Source: Tubulanus polymorphus (lineage: Eukaryota; Animalia; Nemertea). Taken from it: DNA of 64,000 nucleotides. The stretch spans positions 18,312,210-18,376,209 of the forward strand of contig NC_134030.1 of assembly GCF_964204645.1 (NCBI RefSeq), written 5' to 3'. Position numbers and translations under genes: made by a program. Under the pieces are notes generated by a model that was not told the DNA's origin, ran no database searches, and saw only the letters and a list, made by a program, of their open reading frames with translations. This document shows positions 1-13,884 of this stretch, piece by piece (position 1 is the first letter of the stretch; each line of letters opens with the position of its first letter).

Positions 1-1179
1 GGAGTGCAGTCTCCAGTGACAATCATTGTATTTTCGGTCAGCAATTGCTGTAGAACAGGACACTCCTAATTTACACTTTGTTTTACATGGTTCCATCGCG
101 GAACCAAACGTGGTCACTGCGACATCTCATTCCCTGGCAATCAGCGGTGCAGTTGGTCCAGAGAGGGGACAGCGTGAAATAAGTTGATAGGCGACTGTTC
201 TAGCCCTTAAGCTAGGGGATCGGCATTTCACTAAGTAATTAATCTTCTCCAGCGCACTCGATAGTGTCCCTGAAAGTAAAAAAAAAAGATAATAAGGTAA
301 CTGAATTCGCATAGAAGTTCAAACGATTCAGATATTATAATGAATGATCCTAACAATTACCTATAATCCTAAGTAACAAATTTTGATAATGCTATTGAAA
401 ATTCAAATGCATTAAAGACGTACTTTCAAACTATCGATTAAGGAAACATTAGATTCGGCCTTAAGATAAAATGCAGTTTATAGACTACTTTACAAATACA
501 AGAAATATTCACACTTTGACGATAGAGTGATTTTGAAATGCGAGACTTGAAATATGCATATTTGGGCCGATGTCGAGTCTACACATAACGCTCAGTCTAC
601 ACTATACCCACACAGTATATCACAGTTTTTTCATAGTCAACTGGAATTCAGTACTATTGTATATCACTCAGTCTATCGAGGTAAAAAACCACTAGGAAGC
701 AGAATGCAGAAAAAGTGCAGTATGTGCAAATGTGCTAATTTATCTAAGGAAGTGTTTATTTTAATGTTTAATAAGCCTTATTCAGTACATTTCTTTTTGA
801 ATGACGTTATAAAAACGAGATGTATCGAAGAAGGCTATGGACAGATTATTACAACAAATGAATGGGCATACAAGCGCCACGCATTTTACATTGATTCTGC
901 AATTGAATAGTTCGGTAGAAATGTCATTTTTTCAAATTAGGGCGTCACCAAACTAGAGCTAAGTGAAGTGAACTAAAACTGGTGAATTATTGAATTAAAA
1001 GTGGTCCATCAATACTAACCTGTCAAAAATATATTTTGCTGCATACTAATCAAATGTCCCGAATTCAGGCTCAAAATCACGAAACGACGATCTGAAAGAG
1101 AATGTGTGCATGTATGAATGAACAGATCGATCTAGCGTAAAAGCTGACTTCCAAATAGATAGATATCTATCAGTTTGAA

Positions 1180-4100
1180 TCACCGCAATATACATGTACT
1201 TACTGAAGGATTCGGTAACTCAACGTGTTTTTCATTGATATCCTGTTCAATGCCTTCCTGTGCCTTCAAAAATGGAAGGTACCATACAGCGGAATCTGCT
1301 AGCTTGACTGTCTTAGTTTCAATGGTATCGAGGAAATCATTCCACCAGCATTGTTTTTCCTGTGGTAAAAAGCTTTTCCATTTCTCCATATTCTTTTTCA
1401 TATCCTTGATTTCGATGTTTGAATAATTTAAATCGAGCACTGAAGGAGTACCAGTTGGTATACTTGTCAATACACCGCCTTCCATGCAGTGCCATTCCTG
1501 AGTTGATGAACACCTATAGTACATGTTTATTTGGGATTGATCTTGGCTGTCCCTTCGAAATAGAAAAATCCTTGGTTTCGAATGGTTCTTCATGTTGACG
1601 ATATGTGGAGCAAGCCAAGATCGAATATCCAACAACCCCCCCCAACTCGATACCATCGCACAGTTTGAGCAGGCCAGCCATATCGAATGCATCTTCTCTT
1701 CTCAACCTACCGGCATACACGCTAAACAGCTGGTCGATGTCTTCGTGCGTATGACCAACGAAGAGAAAACTCAACTGAATCTGAAATGATTGAAATAGTT
1801 CGTCTTTAGAATTTTCGATCTCATAACCCACACAATAATACGGGTGCGATGTATGGTTCTGAATTCAAGTTATAAGTTCAAAAGATATACCACATGGAAA
1901 TATATATGAGACATGATATCTATTGCAGTAGAAACTGAACAACTTGCCAATACATGTAGTTAGTTACAAGTTTGTCGATATATGTAATCTCTACCGAACA
2001 GAGGTACAAATAAGTGAGTATTTGCGTTGCTTCTTAATTGAAAGCCTCCATTAGTAGCCTGCAACTAGCAGTTTCCTCACCTCGTTAAATATTTTCTTCT
2101 CTACTAGAATTTGCAAGAGGGCTAAAACGTATTTGTTCTTATTTTCGCGGCCACAGTTGTCGGCTTGTAAATACAAATGCGGTGGCAGTTGACCATTCTA
2201 AAAAAGTAAATAAATGAATTAAACATAAATAAATGGATTTAACATTTCTTTTCACATTTGCTGACATAGAAATGTGTACCGGTATTGAATTGTTTATATT
2301 CGTCTTACCTTAGATATACACCATAATGTCTTGAGGATAACATTCATCGTCATGTTGCTGTTGTGTGGATAAAGATGATAATCGACATACGACTGAGATA
2401 TTTTATGACCATGACTTATCAAACTGTTATGTGTGTTTTTAGTAAGTTAGTAGCTGTCATGAACTGAAAAGAGAAATACCGGTAATTAGGAAATATAGTG
2501 CAAAAAGGCTATGATAAATAATGCAGATTAAATATGTTTTACAGTGGGTTTTTGTTTATTATCAAACAGTTCATTTTCATTGTACGCCATTGGAGGTTAA
2601 TTACTGGTGAGTTCTATAGAATGGTTTGTGTACCGGGTAATACAACTGGATTGGATTTATGGGAAATTTGCGATAAATCGTAAGTTAAATGACAATAAGG
2701 TGGCTAGACGAGTTGCTCACCTTTCCTTTTTCTCCGGCAAAATGTGGAAGAAATGACTTCGTTTGGTCCATACCATCGACTATCAAACTAACGTAACGGT
2801 TCGGATTCGTCTGCGCTCTACTAACGCGTGCATAATAGGCGAGTCTCTCAGTCCTGAAGCAGAGAAATACATGATGGTTTTTTACGTAAGAACATTGAAA
2901 TTATCAAACACTGAGATTGGAACAACATTCCAAGTGCGGTATGGAAATTCAAACAGCCTCCTTATTAGATACGATGAAGATAGCATTTACATGTACTTAC
3001 ATTACTGTAGAAATGTGGCGTTGTTTTTCTGCCATTATTTCCTTGCGGGATATCGGGTTCTGCGTCGATTGAAGTAATCGTTGGATTCTCACACAATCGT
3101 CACATTTCGAGAATGTACTACCCTATAAACATTCAAGCATCATTCATATTAGAAAATGTCAATATATTTTTTAAATATATAGGCAAAGTGAAGTAATAAG
3201 TTACCTTCTTGATTTTGACAAATGAGAACAACTCTGACCAGATCCGATAAAATGTAGACTGACTGACATATCTATCATTGTTGTCACTTTTTTCTGTTTT
3301 GTACTCCCGGTAGAGGTCAATTTTTCGGAATATCTGTGGAAGCCATTTTTCAGTCTTATCGGGAGCAGATTGTGCTGTATTTTCCAAATAATTTGAGAGC
3401 CAAGAAGTTGCTTCAACGAATTCAGGGCTAGATTTTCGGATGGATATATTCTCCGGGCATTCTGACTTATTCTGTTTCGACTTGATTTTGTAAAGCGTCG
3501 ATTTACTGATGCCATAGACATTTAACCAGCAGCCTTGGCAAACAGATCTTCCCATGACAGTAAGGTTAATGCGCGATGTATTCTGCGTACATGTTTACAG
3601 AGTGTTCACGATAAACTGATGACGATCCGAAATATTGCGACACCAATAGGATTCCCGCAGGACTGGTTCTTTATATCAGCCATGTGCAGAAAATCGGTAC
3701 AATTTTTTTTACAGGTCACATGAAGAGATTTCAATAGCGTTGTCGATGATGTTTTTTTTGTTAAAAAGACTTTCTTTGGGATATCCTGAAAAGAGATTGA
3801 TGCATGAATAGAGATTATGGAATTGTGTTTTACCACGCGTATCCAATGGATATTTCCAAAATCATTGTGATTTCTCTGTTTTTGATTTTCAACTTCCATT
3901 TCAATATTAGAGAAAATGAAATTCGTGAGAACATTCTTCTTAGAAACGAATAGAAATACATAAAGGAATTGGATATGCTTCTAGTTCCGTTTGATATCTG
4001 ACCGTCAATAGCCGCAATCTCTGCCGTCAACGGATTTACTGGACTCCGCGTTGACAATATAAAAGCGTAGCTTATCGCCTTTAATTGACTGTATTATCTC

Positions 4101-6110
4101 TTATAATTATTGATCGTTTCTCAAATGGCATACTTATACACTGTAAAGGCTATCAGTAAATATTTTGGATTGTCATGTAGGCTACTGCTGTAACATCAAC
4201 AGAAGGAATGGGTTATTTGAAAGTTTAATACATGCACACTGTCCCTTTTAACAGAACCTCGAGTGTAAATTTCTCGACGTTTATGGCAGTGGCGCCCCCA
4301 TTGGCGACGGTGAAATATTAGACTACCCGTTTGGTTCTGTTATATTTCTATGGGCTTCATCAGAAAATTCGTTGCAATAATAAAGAGATATGCTTCATCG
4401 GGTTAATGGAAAATATTTTAAAACGATTGAAACCAAACTATGTAAACTGCATAAATTCCTAAATTGAAATTGCTTATTTTCTCCCCTATTATACTTACTG
4501 CTAGATTCGGCTATACGTGACTTTGAATGAGGAAGGATAAGCGAGCTCTCGGTATTCGGTAAATACAAATGAAACAAAATTGATAATTGCACTCTTTTGC
4601 TTTCATATTTCATCCTTATTAGATAAAATTTTTAATATTCTGTTTAATACCATATTGATTTTCTCACTTTGCCGTTGGTTGGAAAACCAGAAAAACCCTT
4701 GAAAAAAAATATATTTTACCTGAACTGGTCGCATGTTCTTCAAATTCTATATCTTCACTGCTGTCCATTTCACAACTCGCATTGCTTGGTGACTCTAAAT
4801 GTTAATTGGTAGAAGTGTTCTTTTCTATGAATAAGTTGCTATAATTAATATTTAGATTATTGTCTGAGGAGTGAAAATCATAATACATATATACCTGAAC
4901 TGATGCAAAATTCTCCAAAAACACTTTCTTCGATTTGACCATGGGGTAAAACTACAAGTATATTTTAGGAAATGTCGTTTCACAAAGTTCGATCTAGATG
5001 TAACAGAAATTATCATTTTGGGAATATCAGAATATCTTACCTACTCCGGCGCTTTCCTCAAAAACACTTTCATCTAGGATATCATTCGCCTTAATCGGAT
5101 GAGAGGGTAAAACTATATAGCACCCTGAGATTTCCGCCTCGGAAGCCCAGGGTAACTACGTAAAAAATCCGACGATCAGGAACCAACGACGAGAAAACGT
5201 TCTTAAAACTTCAAACCGTAAATTTCACTTTATTTCCTTCGATCTGCTATAACTACAAGTAGATCCATGAAAAGAATTGTTTTACACCATGGGTTTATAA
5301 TCATAATAACATTATTTGGAAAAATTCTTCTATATATATTTACCCAAACTGAGGACGCTTTCTTCAAAAACACTATTATCTTCGTTCCCTCCACTCAGAT
5401 TGCTGGGTAAAACTAAAAGTATATTTCAGAAAAGGTCGTTTACATACAGTACGTGCAGGATCTTGATGAAACAGAAATTTCTGGGAATATCAGAATATCT
5501 ACCTGTACTGATTATGCTTTCCTCAAAAACACTTTCATCTAGGACATTTCTCCCTTCACTCAGGTTGCCTGGTAGAACTACAAGTACATTTTCGCTTAAG
5601 TCATTTACAGGTATCTTGATATAGAATAAATGTGAATTATCCTATTAGAAATATCAGAATATCTACCTGAATGACACTTTCCTCAAAAACACTTTCATTT
5701 AGGATATCTTTCGACTCACACGGATTTCCGGGTAAAGCTACAAGTAGAATCATGAAAAACAAATCATTTTATGGTATGAGTGCATCACAGTTATGTTAAT
5801 ATACATTATTTATGGAAAATTCCTCAGAAAATCTACCTGAACTGAAGACGCTTTTCTCAAAAACACTTTCTTCAACGGCGCTGTTTGTTTCATTGCTCAG
5901 AATGGCGGTTAAACCTGAGGAGATTGATAACATGCGTTTAAAGTAGCTATCGATACATCAATCAATACAGCGGATATTACTCCTAAAACGACAAATTGTA
6001 GATGCATAGAAATAGTAAAAAGTAGGTCATGATAGGTACCTGGAGTATGGTCTGATACACTCAGTCTGGATTTCTTAGGAGTACTAGCAGAAAACATGCT
6101 TGTGTCAGCT
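1180..6110 (-). pseudogene. Intron-rich DUF7869-like (Sola1-like DDD) putative transposase gene, disabled
   Basis: Hand-spliced GT-AG exons: ~3785-3205 (..VCQGCWLNVYGISKS..VSQSTFYRIWSELFSFVKIKK), 3122-3001 (FSKCDDC), 2853-2721 (SLIVDGMDQTKSFLPHF), ~2463-2309 (HIT/LISHGH, frameshift ~2424), ~2197-2081 (LYLQADNCGRENKNKYV), ~1780-1180 (FLFVGHTHEDIDQLFS, frameshift in C-run ~1636-1643). Further acidic micro-exons lie upstream to ~6110. Several frameshifts and stops. Confidence 0.8.
4720..5915 (-). repeat. Tandemly duplicated exon+intron units (57-78 nt exons encoding ESVFEES-like peptides) at the 5' end of the DUF7869-like gene
   Basis: Motif ttcctcaaaaacactttc and variants recur at ~4912, 5054, 5361, 5519, 5679 and 5853. 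On the minus strand each lies between an AG acceptor and a GT donor, mostly phase 1-1. Confidence 0.7.
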
Positions 6111-6519
6111 GTAAAATAGAAATTAAGACAAATGAATTACAAAATGCTAATATACTTCAAAAACTGAACTAAATATATTTTCATCCTGTTTAGTGAATTC
6201 TTATACATAGGCCCTAAAGTATTTGATGCCGACGAACAAAAATCGCATATTCTTGCATTTTCGTGTATTGGAGCTTCATATTTCCACCGTAATAAGGAAA
6301 TGATGGAAAAACGTGTGAAATGAATTATTTGTAGAGAAGGTTGCAGGCTCGTTGACCCCTCTCGCTGTCCGTTACTATATTATCCCTTAAATCTAGCGTA
6401 TATCAAACTTTTAGCAACTGACTTTGGTGCGCGCGTATCGATGGATATGACCGAAAAGATCACAAAATAATTTCACAAGGCCTGGGTATCATCTATAAAT
6501 GCAGTCAAATTCTAAACCA

Positions 6520-7915
6520 AAATCAACTCATCCTCGATCGATGCTCATATAAACTATGGTTTATTATCATGGGGTCACTCACCATAAACACAAACAAGAA
6601 AATTAATTTTAGAAAATTATTTGACGCCTGGGAAAAAAATGTAGAATTTCTGGGCTAAGCTAATGTGGAATTGCAAATTTGAAATCGAAGTTTTAAGAAA
6701 TTTGGGGAATGATGAGATTTGGCGATTGGGTAGATGATACAGGTCTTCGACTCTAGTAGTGGTTTAAATTTTTTATTGAAAATTCTCAATAATTGATCGC
6801 GAACTTGCGACCGACTTCATTTACTTATGCCTCTAAGCTGGTCTGCAACTGCATTGCCTCCATGGATGAAGAAAGAGCTCTTCTGATGTCTGCTTCATTG
6901 TGACTTCGAGCATATCGTGTGGCCTAGCCAGCCGGCCCGGTCCCCGGGCCCGGGCCACGCGTTTGGCTGTCACTCGATTTCCTAGAGTCTTGAGTCTGGG
7001 TGGGTTGAAGTAGACATTGTCATTTAAAATAACATGCTTATGTTGTTCTGTATGAATTACCCGTGTGTCATGTATGTTGTATTAATTTATTTTAAAATTT
7101 GTATTTATTGAATTTGGGAATTTTATCCCGGAATTTCAATGTAATAAGGATCAATAAAGAATTGAATTGAATTGTCACCTAATACACATGCCATCAGAGG
7201 ACACGGAGCCGTATATGACAGCTATGCTATTATAAATTGCTAATCTCACGAAACTTGCATACTCCTAATATCAAACATATTTTCACAAACGATTGAATAT
7301 TGAAATTATACGTTTACACATTTTCATATTGACCGCTTGTAGCTGCTGATGAAATTCACGCCGGCCCTACACACATCGTAGATAGCTTCGTCATTCCACC
7401 GGCATGCCCACGTCAGGGTCTGACTTTTATATCAGACTTCCGCATCGTGTATACATCCGCCATTTAACCGAATAATCCGATTTACTTATCATTTCTATTT
7501 ATGCCTGCCGCTTCTGATATAATCATTCATCCTTTACTATTACAATACGTCTTCTAATGATATTCAATGCAATATAACATTTCGACGTTCAAATATAGGT
7601 CATTATATAATCACAGGAAGCCATTCTACATCTATGTCAATAATATTTTGCCAGATAGCTTGTTTGTGTACACATAAACCTGTGACGTTTTGCACATCGA
7701 TTTACGGCTGTCGTTTGTAAAATGACGCTGAATGGTTAGCATTGTTTAGGTTTCATAATGGTAACGTTTTATAAGGCGTCAAAAAATATATTTCACTTCA
7801 AAAACAACTAACCGAATTATTACCAAGCCTAACTTCACTGCTCACTCTGAACCACGCTTCAAACAGCTTAAACTTCTCAAAATAAATGATCTCTACACAC
7901 TTAAAGCCACTTTTC
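6520..7915 (+). mobile_element. Degenerate LINE (L2/CR1-group) RT C-terminal fragment, split by a HINE-like insertion
   Basis: HINYGLLSWG at ~6546-6575 and AHSEPRFKQLKLLKINDLYTLK at ~7840-7905 are consecutive motifs of non-LTR ORF2 tails. Confidence 0.6.
6593..7786 (-). mobile_element. Non-autonomous Helentron/HINE-like element, copy 1
   Basis: Highly similar to 18614-19765. Subterminal inverted repeat TTTGACGCCT/AGGCGTCAAA, hairpin TAATTTT-AG-AAAATTA next to terminal AACAAG, A/T-rich insertion site. Confidence 0.75.
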
Positions 7916-10900
7916 ATCTATGACACAACCTTTGAAAGAATTGAACTGTGTATAGAGCAGAACAATTCTAGCACATGTTGTAAACAATGACTTACATAGT
8001 TCTTCCCGCTCTACAAAAATAAATCCAAGCTTAAGTTCGCGTTCTGTTATATGTTCTTTTAATTACTCTTGCTCAATCTTCCAGTGACTGACCCGTAGTA
8101 GCTGTGACCCTGATCTCCGTTCAATATTGCATTTTATCAAATTCATTATTCCAAATTATGCAACTATTCGTTGAATAAGTTCCTAAAAATGTCTACGATT
8201 GGAGGGTTCGATGTGCTACCCGAGTGAACATTCTCAAATTTGTATCCAAACTTCTTAGTGTCAAGAGGTTGAGAGGATTTATTGTCAATGTGTCAGAGCC
8301 AAAGTCAGAGCAATTGTTTTGCTAATGTACAAATTGTTAACTGAATAGTTATCCAAACAGTCTTAGATGTTCACACTTCCCGGGCTTGAGGCCATATATT
8401 CAAGAGTTGTCTAATAATGATAATCTATTCACTATACTATATACACTGCCGTCCCTAGATATCCCAATTACACATTTTCTAATTCTTATTTGCTTTATAA
8501 TCCTAGTTCCCCTAGTCTAATGTCCTAGCGTATCATCTAATATTATTCATTCAATCTGAATCTAAACTAAAAACCCTTATTTGATAACTGTTGGCTCAAA
8601 AAGTTACAAAAGCTAGGATTCACATTGAGCTATTCAATTAAATTACTAAAACATTTTGATATCTTGTATCCATTTAGACACAGCTAGTTCCCCAAGTCGT
8701 ATTTTTGTGTTTTCTCATCAATTTCAGGAACAGTCAAAACAATTTTTAAAACGCTATATATAAGGATTTCGGTACACGAATTAACCTGTATGATTTTAAT
8801 CTGGAAGTTCATGAAATATCTTTCCAATTACACATGTATTTTCATCGAGAGATTAAAAACCTAATAATGTCATTCAAATCTAGTAACAGCTAACTAATGG
8901 GATTGATTTTCCTTTTTTTGATTGTCCCAGATCTGTGAAATCGTCAAGGAAGCTAAGCAACACTTATAGTGGTGGTTTAAATGTTTCCCAGACCCTATTC
9001 AATACTGCCTGCGGACGGCTATGGCTCTTCCATACTGCTGCCTTTTATCTTTCGACAAACAATTTTTTTCACGTAAAATGATTTAAATGATTCGTGAAAT
9101 AGAGATTATTTTTATAACGCATATACTAATATCACTGGTGCCGTCTTTGCTGAGCATTTGTTCCTTTTTACGGCTGACTCCTACAAATGTTGATTTAATC
9201 GTATATCAATGATTTATGTCAGTCTAGATATTTTCATTTATTCAAATGTATTACTGAAATGTGTAAACATCCTATCCCGGGCGCAAAATTTAACATCTCG
9301 TAGAAACCCAGGAGAGAAGTACACGCAACATAGTATTAATCGGGTCAAATAAAACCTATAGTACCCACTGCTTACCTCAAAGCCTTCCACTATTCATAAT
9401 GAATGTTCCACTGCGCCTGACTTGTAATACCAACCCCAAACTGACACAAAATTAGATACCCTTTTGTCTATAAGTATCTAGCATTTAATTGTTGGAACGC
9501 GGTAAAGTCTTTTAAAGTCTTAAAAGCGTAAAGTAGTTTTGAAATTTAAATATTTTTGAAATATCAGTTTAATTTCCGTGTTTTGCCTGAAAAATGCAAG
9601 TTTATGCATTAGGTCATCAAAAAGTGTCGTATGTTGAACGGTCGGGTCTTTATGCTTATGTTCCTATTAAAACAGAAATCCCACTTGCCCTTTGCCTATG
9701 TGTGTAGCTACTCATTTGTCGCCTCTCTTCGATAGAGGAAATATTCTTGTTTAAAACATACACGTAATAAGTGAAAAGTTACCCACCTCAAACTATAAGT
9801 ATTAGATTCGTATCAATCCTTAATCCCGTTCCGGAGAAACTAAATGATACGGCGGCTCGAATCCAATCTCCCTTCGTTCACGATCTCCATACAGCTCACT
9901 GCGCATTCAAAAAAGCCCGCGCATTTACACTAGATATGTAAATGTACCGATATAACTCATCACCACTCGTAGGCGTATCGTATCACTGGCCTGGATTATA
10001 CATCCATGCTCATACATTTTATGTAAAACAGGTGGAACTTGGAATCTCCAGATATAGGAATTAAGCCCATTCGAAGTCCAGATTTTGCCACTGAAATTCC
10101 ATTACTTATCAAAGTGTCAAGAAATAAAGAATTCCTTAATTTTCTTAGGCCTATGAGGTTTCTATAATATCGAAACATGAACTGAGATATAATTTGATAC
10201 GCAAGCAACTGTGAGAGAAAATACCGACACAAGAATTCAAAGTGGAATTACTGCATTGACGGTGTTGAGATTTTCTGAACGTGCGTTACTACAGCAAATC
10301 ATATTTAGATCAACACACTGAGACATTTTTTTCAAATAGTGAATACTACTGTTTTAGAATTAGTTTTTGTCGGGCCTGTTCCGATCTGAGAAATAAAGAA
10401 TACGACCACACTTTATTTAACCTTGATCGAAAACACATTTTGATACCGAAGTATGTGGACTCCTTATATTTCTTCAGTTTATATTTCGCTGAGTTTATCA
10501 AACCAATGTTGTAGTTGTGGAGAGCCTCTGTTAGTGATGAATAAGTTTAGACAAGATGGGATTCGATTTAACTATTGGTTTAGACAAGTCTTAGGAAAAT
10601 GAATTCTAGCTGTGAAAAAACGCGAACTGGATATTGTTCTTTTTGTCTAAAATGCACACATAATGGACATTATCACATCTCTCTCAATCAACTCTATAAG
10701 ACAATTCTTCCGTTTACATATGATCACTGAGGCATAAAGGAATAATTACTGTTACTGTTATATCGTTCATATTCAATCTATATTCATGAAAGTAATAATA
10801 TGTGAAAAATTTCTAAATCATATATACACACATTTTAAATTTGACGATATACTCAAAAGCAAAACACTGCTTACTTTCGCTATTAGATATTATTTTTATA

Positions 10901-11561
10901 ATTAGCGCTCCGTGAATTCTAGTGATGGAGAGGCAAAACGTTTCATTGTGGACTTAATATAACGATCGAAAAAATTGTATGCGATAAAACTGGACTAAAA
11001 GCGATCATATATTACGTACAGGGCCCTGAAACTTCACAGACAGATAGAGGGGGTCTAATCTAAATATGCAATGCTTAAAATTGGACCATAGACCCCCGCG
11101 AGCAGGATCCGACCCTTAGTCCCGCGGCCATATCTGTAGTCGAGACCTTCCATTCTACTTTTTGGGGGTTGGCAAGACCTTTTCTAGCGAGTAACTTCTC
11201 AGATATAGCAAGCATATAACTATAAAAACCTTACTCGCGGGTTCCTGTGGATGTGAGCCCTATCCAAATTGGAATAGGTTTGTTATACTAAATACATCAG
11301 CCAATCTATAGTATTCGACATTAGTGAATTCAAATTGATGGAACCTCGGAGCATTCAGACTGGATGAGTTCAGTCTGATTAATCCAAGATGGAACAGTTC
11401 CCTTCCTCGATGATGTTATGATACATATGATTATTTGTACATCGTTATGTCTCTACGGTTTATCCACTTTCGTTTGACACATTTCTTCCCTGAATCTGTT
11501 TTCAAGAACTTTTTGATAATGAATCAAACATCTTATTTTATCCAAACTGCAAACATCCCCA

Positions 11562-12030
11562 GCAGGGGCGGATCCAGACCTAAGTGTAGACAGTCTTTTT
11601 GATTTGAAGGGGCACTTCATTGAAGTTGCAAAATTCTTAGCCTATATTCTTACCAGCAAGGCGCGTAGCGGCTTGTCCGGGAGGAGCTCGAGGGGGGTGT
11701 CCCCCATCGACGGTCAAGATTTTTTGAAATTTGGTTCCGATTTGGTGCGATTTCCGCGAACTTAAAGCCACAATTTCTCCCTGTGATGCTGCTTGAATAT
11801 AACCATCACTTGAATAATCCGAAGAACATTTGATTTACAACATAGTCTATAATAATCTGTATGTTAGTTTTAAGATTGTATTTTTAGGTAACATGAAGCC
11901 CGATTTTTGCGCGATAGGCCCGGGAAAATCGGTCATAAAAAAAAATTGCGGCGCTTTGAAAAGGGCACTCAGTTTTCTAGACTGTCTTTTTCAAAATCAG
12001 GAGCTGTACCGTAGCAGGATTCGATGGTTC
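11562..12030. mobile_element. MITE-like element with CAGGGGCGGATCC terminus (related to 46453-47307)
   Basis: Left end caggggcggatccag and internal AGGGCAC motifs; right end poorly defined. Confidence 0.4.
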
Positions 12031-12189
12031 AAAATCGGTAACAATTTTGTTCATGTTATAACTTCTTGTCTTCGCCACATACCAGCTGACATCGAATGAT
12101 TGTCTTTTTCAATGTCACCAACACTTGCATAAGAATGTTTTTTCTTTTATTGACTAAATAAGTTGTGTTAGCAGCATGCGGCTAATATC

Positions 12190-12740
12190 AGGCTGGTTAC
12201 TTTGTCGCGGAGAGATTAATTGTCATCGAAAATACTCTAAAGCGGTTGGATGCCAAAAGCATTTTCAAAAATCGACGAGCCCTTGAAAGCCGATGATTAA
12301 AAATCTTTTCCTTTTGTAAAGGTTTCTATGTGGGAAGGGCTTCACCATCGTATCTTTAATGCAAAGGCATCATCGCCGACTAGATGTTAGTTAATTTTTG
12401 ATTCCGATTCCCCAATACATTTTGCATCGGGAAGGTTTAATGAATTATCACCCAGTGCGTTCTTTATTGTTGAATCATTGAATACACCAGCATCACCAAC
12501 CAGCCCTCTCCGCTGCCCTAACATCAACATAAACAAATCTGTAATTGCTATCGGCTGTAGCTAGAAGTAAAACACTGAAGAAATGTTTGTAATTGAAAAA
12601 TTCGGATCCACTGCTTGCAGGTTGTTTTATGGCAATATGCTTGCCATCAATTGCCCCACTGCAGCATGGGTAATTCCATTTTTCCTCGAATCGTTCAGCA
12701 ATTGCTAACCATTCTTCAGAAGATGTAGACATCTGGATTG
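12190..12740 (-). pseudogene. PIF/Harbinger transposase (DDE_Tnp_4/HARBI1-like) relic
   Basis: WNYPCCSGAIDGKHIAIKQP..FFNYKHFFSVLLLATADSNYRFVYVDV, then VGDDAF and FNHRLSRARR further along, with stops and frameshifts. Confidence 0.85.
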
Positions 12741-13794
12741 TAAATGAGATTTGTAAATGAGATCGACGACGACGACGACGACGATCAAAATGACCAGACT
12801 CAGCAGATACGCTCGACAAAAAAGCCGACACAAAATAAGAAAGTCACATTATCAAGGAAGTGACAAGCTGAAAAAGATTGAAAAAGATTGAGAAATTCAA
12901 TCCTCTCCAAACCCTCACCCTGTCAATGCAAGAAAAACAAAAAGCAAGGGCCCTGAAACGCGAAGAAAGCTCTTTTGCAGTCTAATGTTATGGCCAATAT
13001 GTATCAACCACATTGTCAGATTTGGATCCAAAACTAAGTTTTCTAGCTCAAAATAGAATGAATGAAATACTTTGTCACGCTCAATGTGAAACTTTAATGG
13101 AAACACAAAATTACAGCCATTTTCCGCAAAATCAACAGCAGCCTTACATTCAACCGAACTAACACAACTGGACACAATCAGAAGATAACATTTCAACACT
13201 TCATCAAGTGTAATAAATTGTGAAGATATGATGTCATATTTCTTCAATCATTCAGTCATCGAGTCAGTACCAATAGTATTCAATTCATATTCTGTTTTTA
13301 TTGTCATATATCAATTCTATTTTTTTATCATTCAGTCATCGAGTCACACCAAATAGTATTCGATCCATATTGCTATTACATCAGGCCGCTTCTTTTAACG
13401 ACTCTCCAGGGATTTTAAATTCTATAACAGCATTCTTTCTCGAGTGTCGAAAAACAGAGTTTCAGCTGCCCGTAGTTTCTCTACCGACGTAAGGCTTATA
13501 TCAATGGAAACCTCTGCCCCTCGTATTCCTGCATCAAGGTACCGCCTATACCTGCGGTACCTTACAGCTAGGAATGAACTTAACATCGTCAACGCGAATT
13601 TTCCGTTTCGTTTACGTTTAAATTGGAAAATGGTTGGCGTTTGGAAAAGACATTAAACGCGTACCGGCCATTGTAACCATGTTGTATCGGCTTTAAAACG
13701 TTCCAATCGCGTGTACGATGCGTTTCAATTGGAACGATAAACGAAGTTCATTCTCTGCTGCCATATCGAAAATACATCCGAACAAATAATGAAA

Positions 13795-13884
13795 AACTAT
13801 GAAAGGTTTGTTAGAATCCGGAAATTTCAATATTGGGCGTGAAGCAATTTCCTCTTTTAACACGTAAAATGATCGACGCTCCAC
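13795..13884 (-). mobile_element. Ty3/Gypsy-like RT-RNaseH linker fragment
   Basis: SFYVLKEEIASRPILKFPDSNKPFIV matches the F..LK.....PIL.FPD..KPF pattern; short, no LTRs seen. Confidence 0.45.

Noticed and set aside
4231-4252. Kolobok-like terminus GTCCCTTTTAA
   Set aside because: Lies inside the DUF7869-like gene span and no matching opposite terminus was found.
13380-13560. MADF/Myb partner gene of the Harbinger relic
   Set aside because: No convincing Trp-spaced motif recoverable in any frame.
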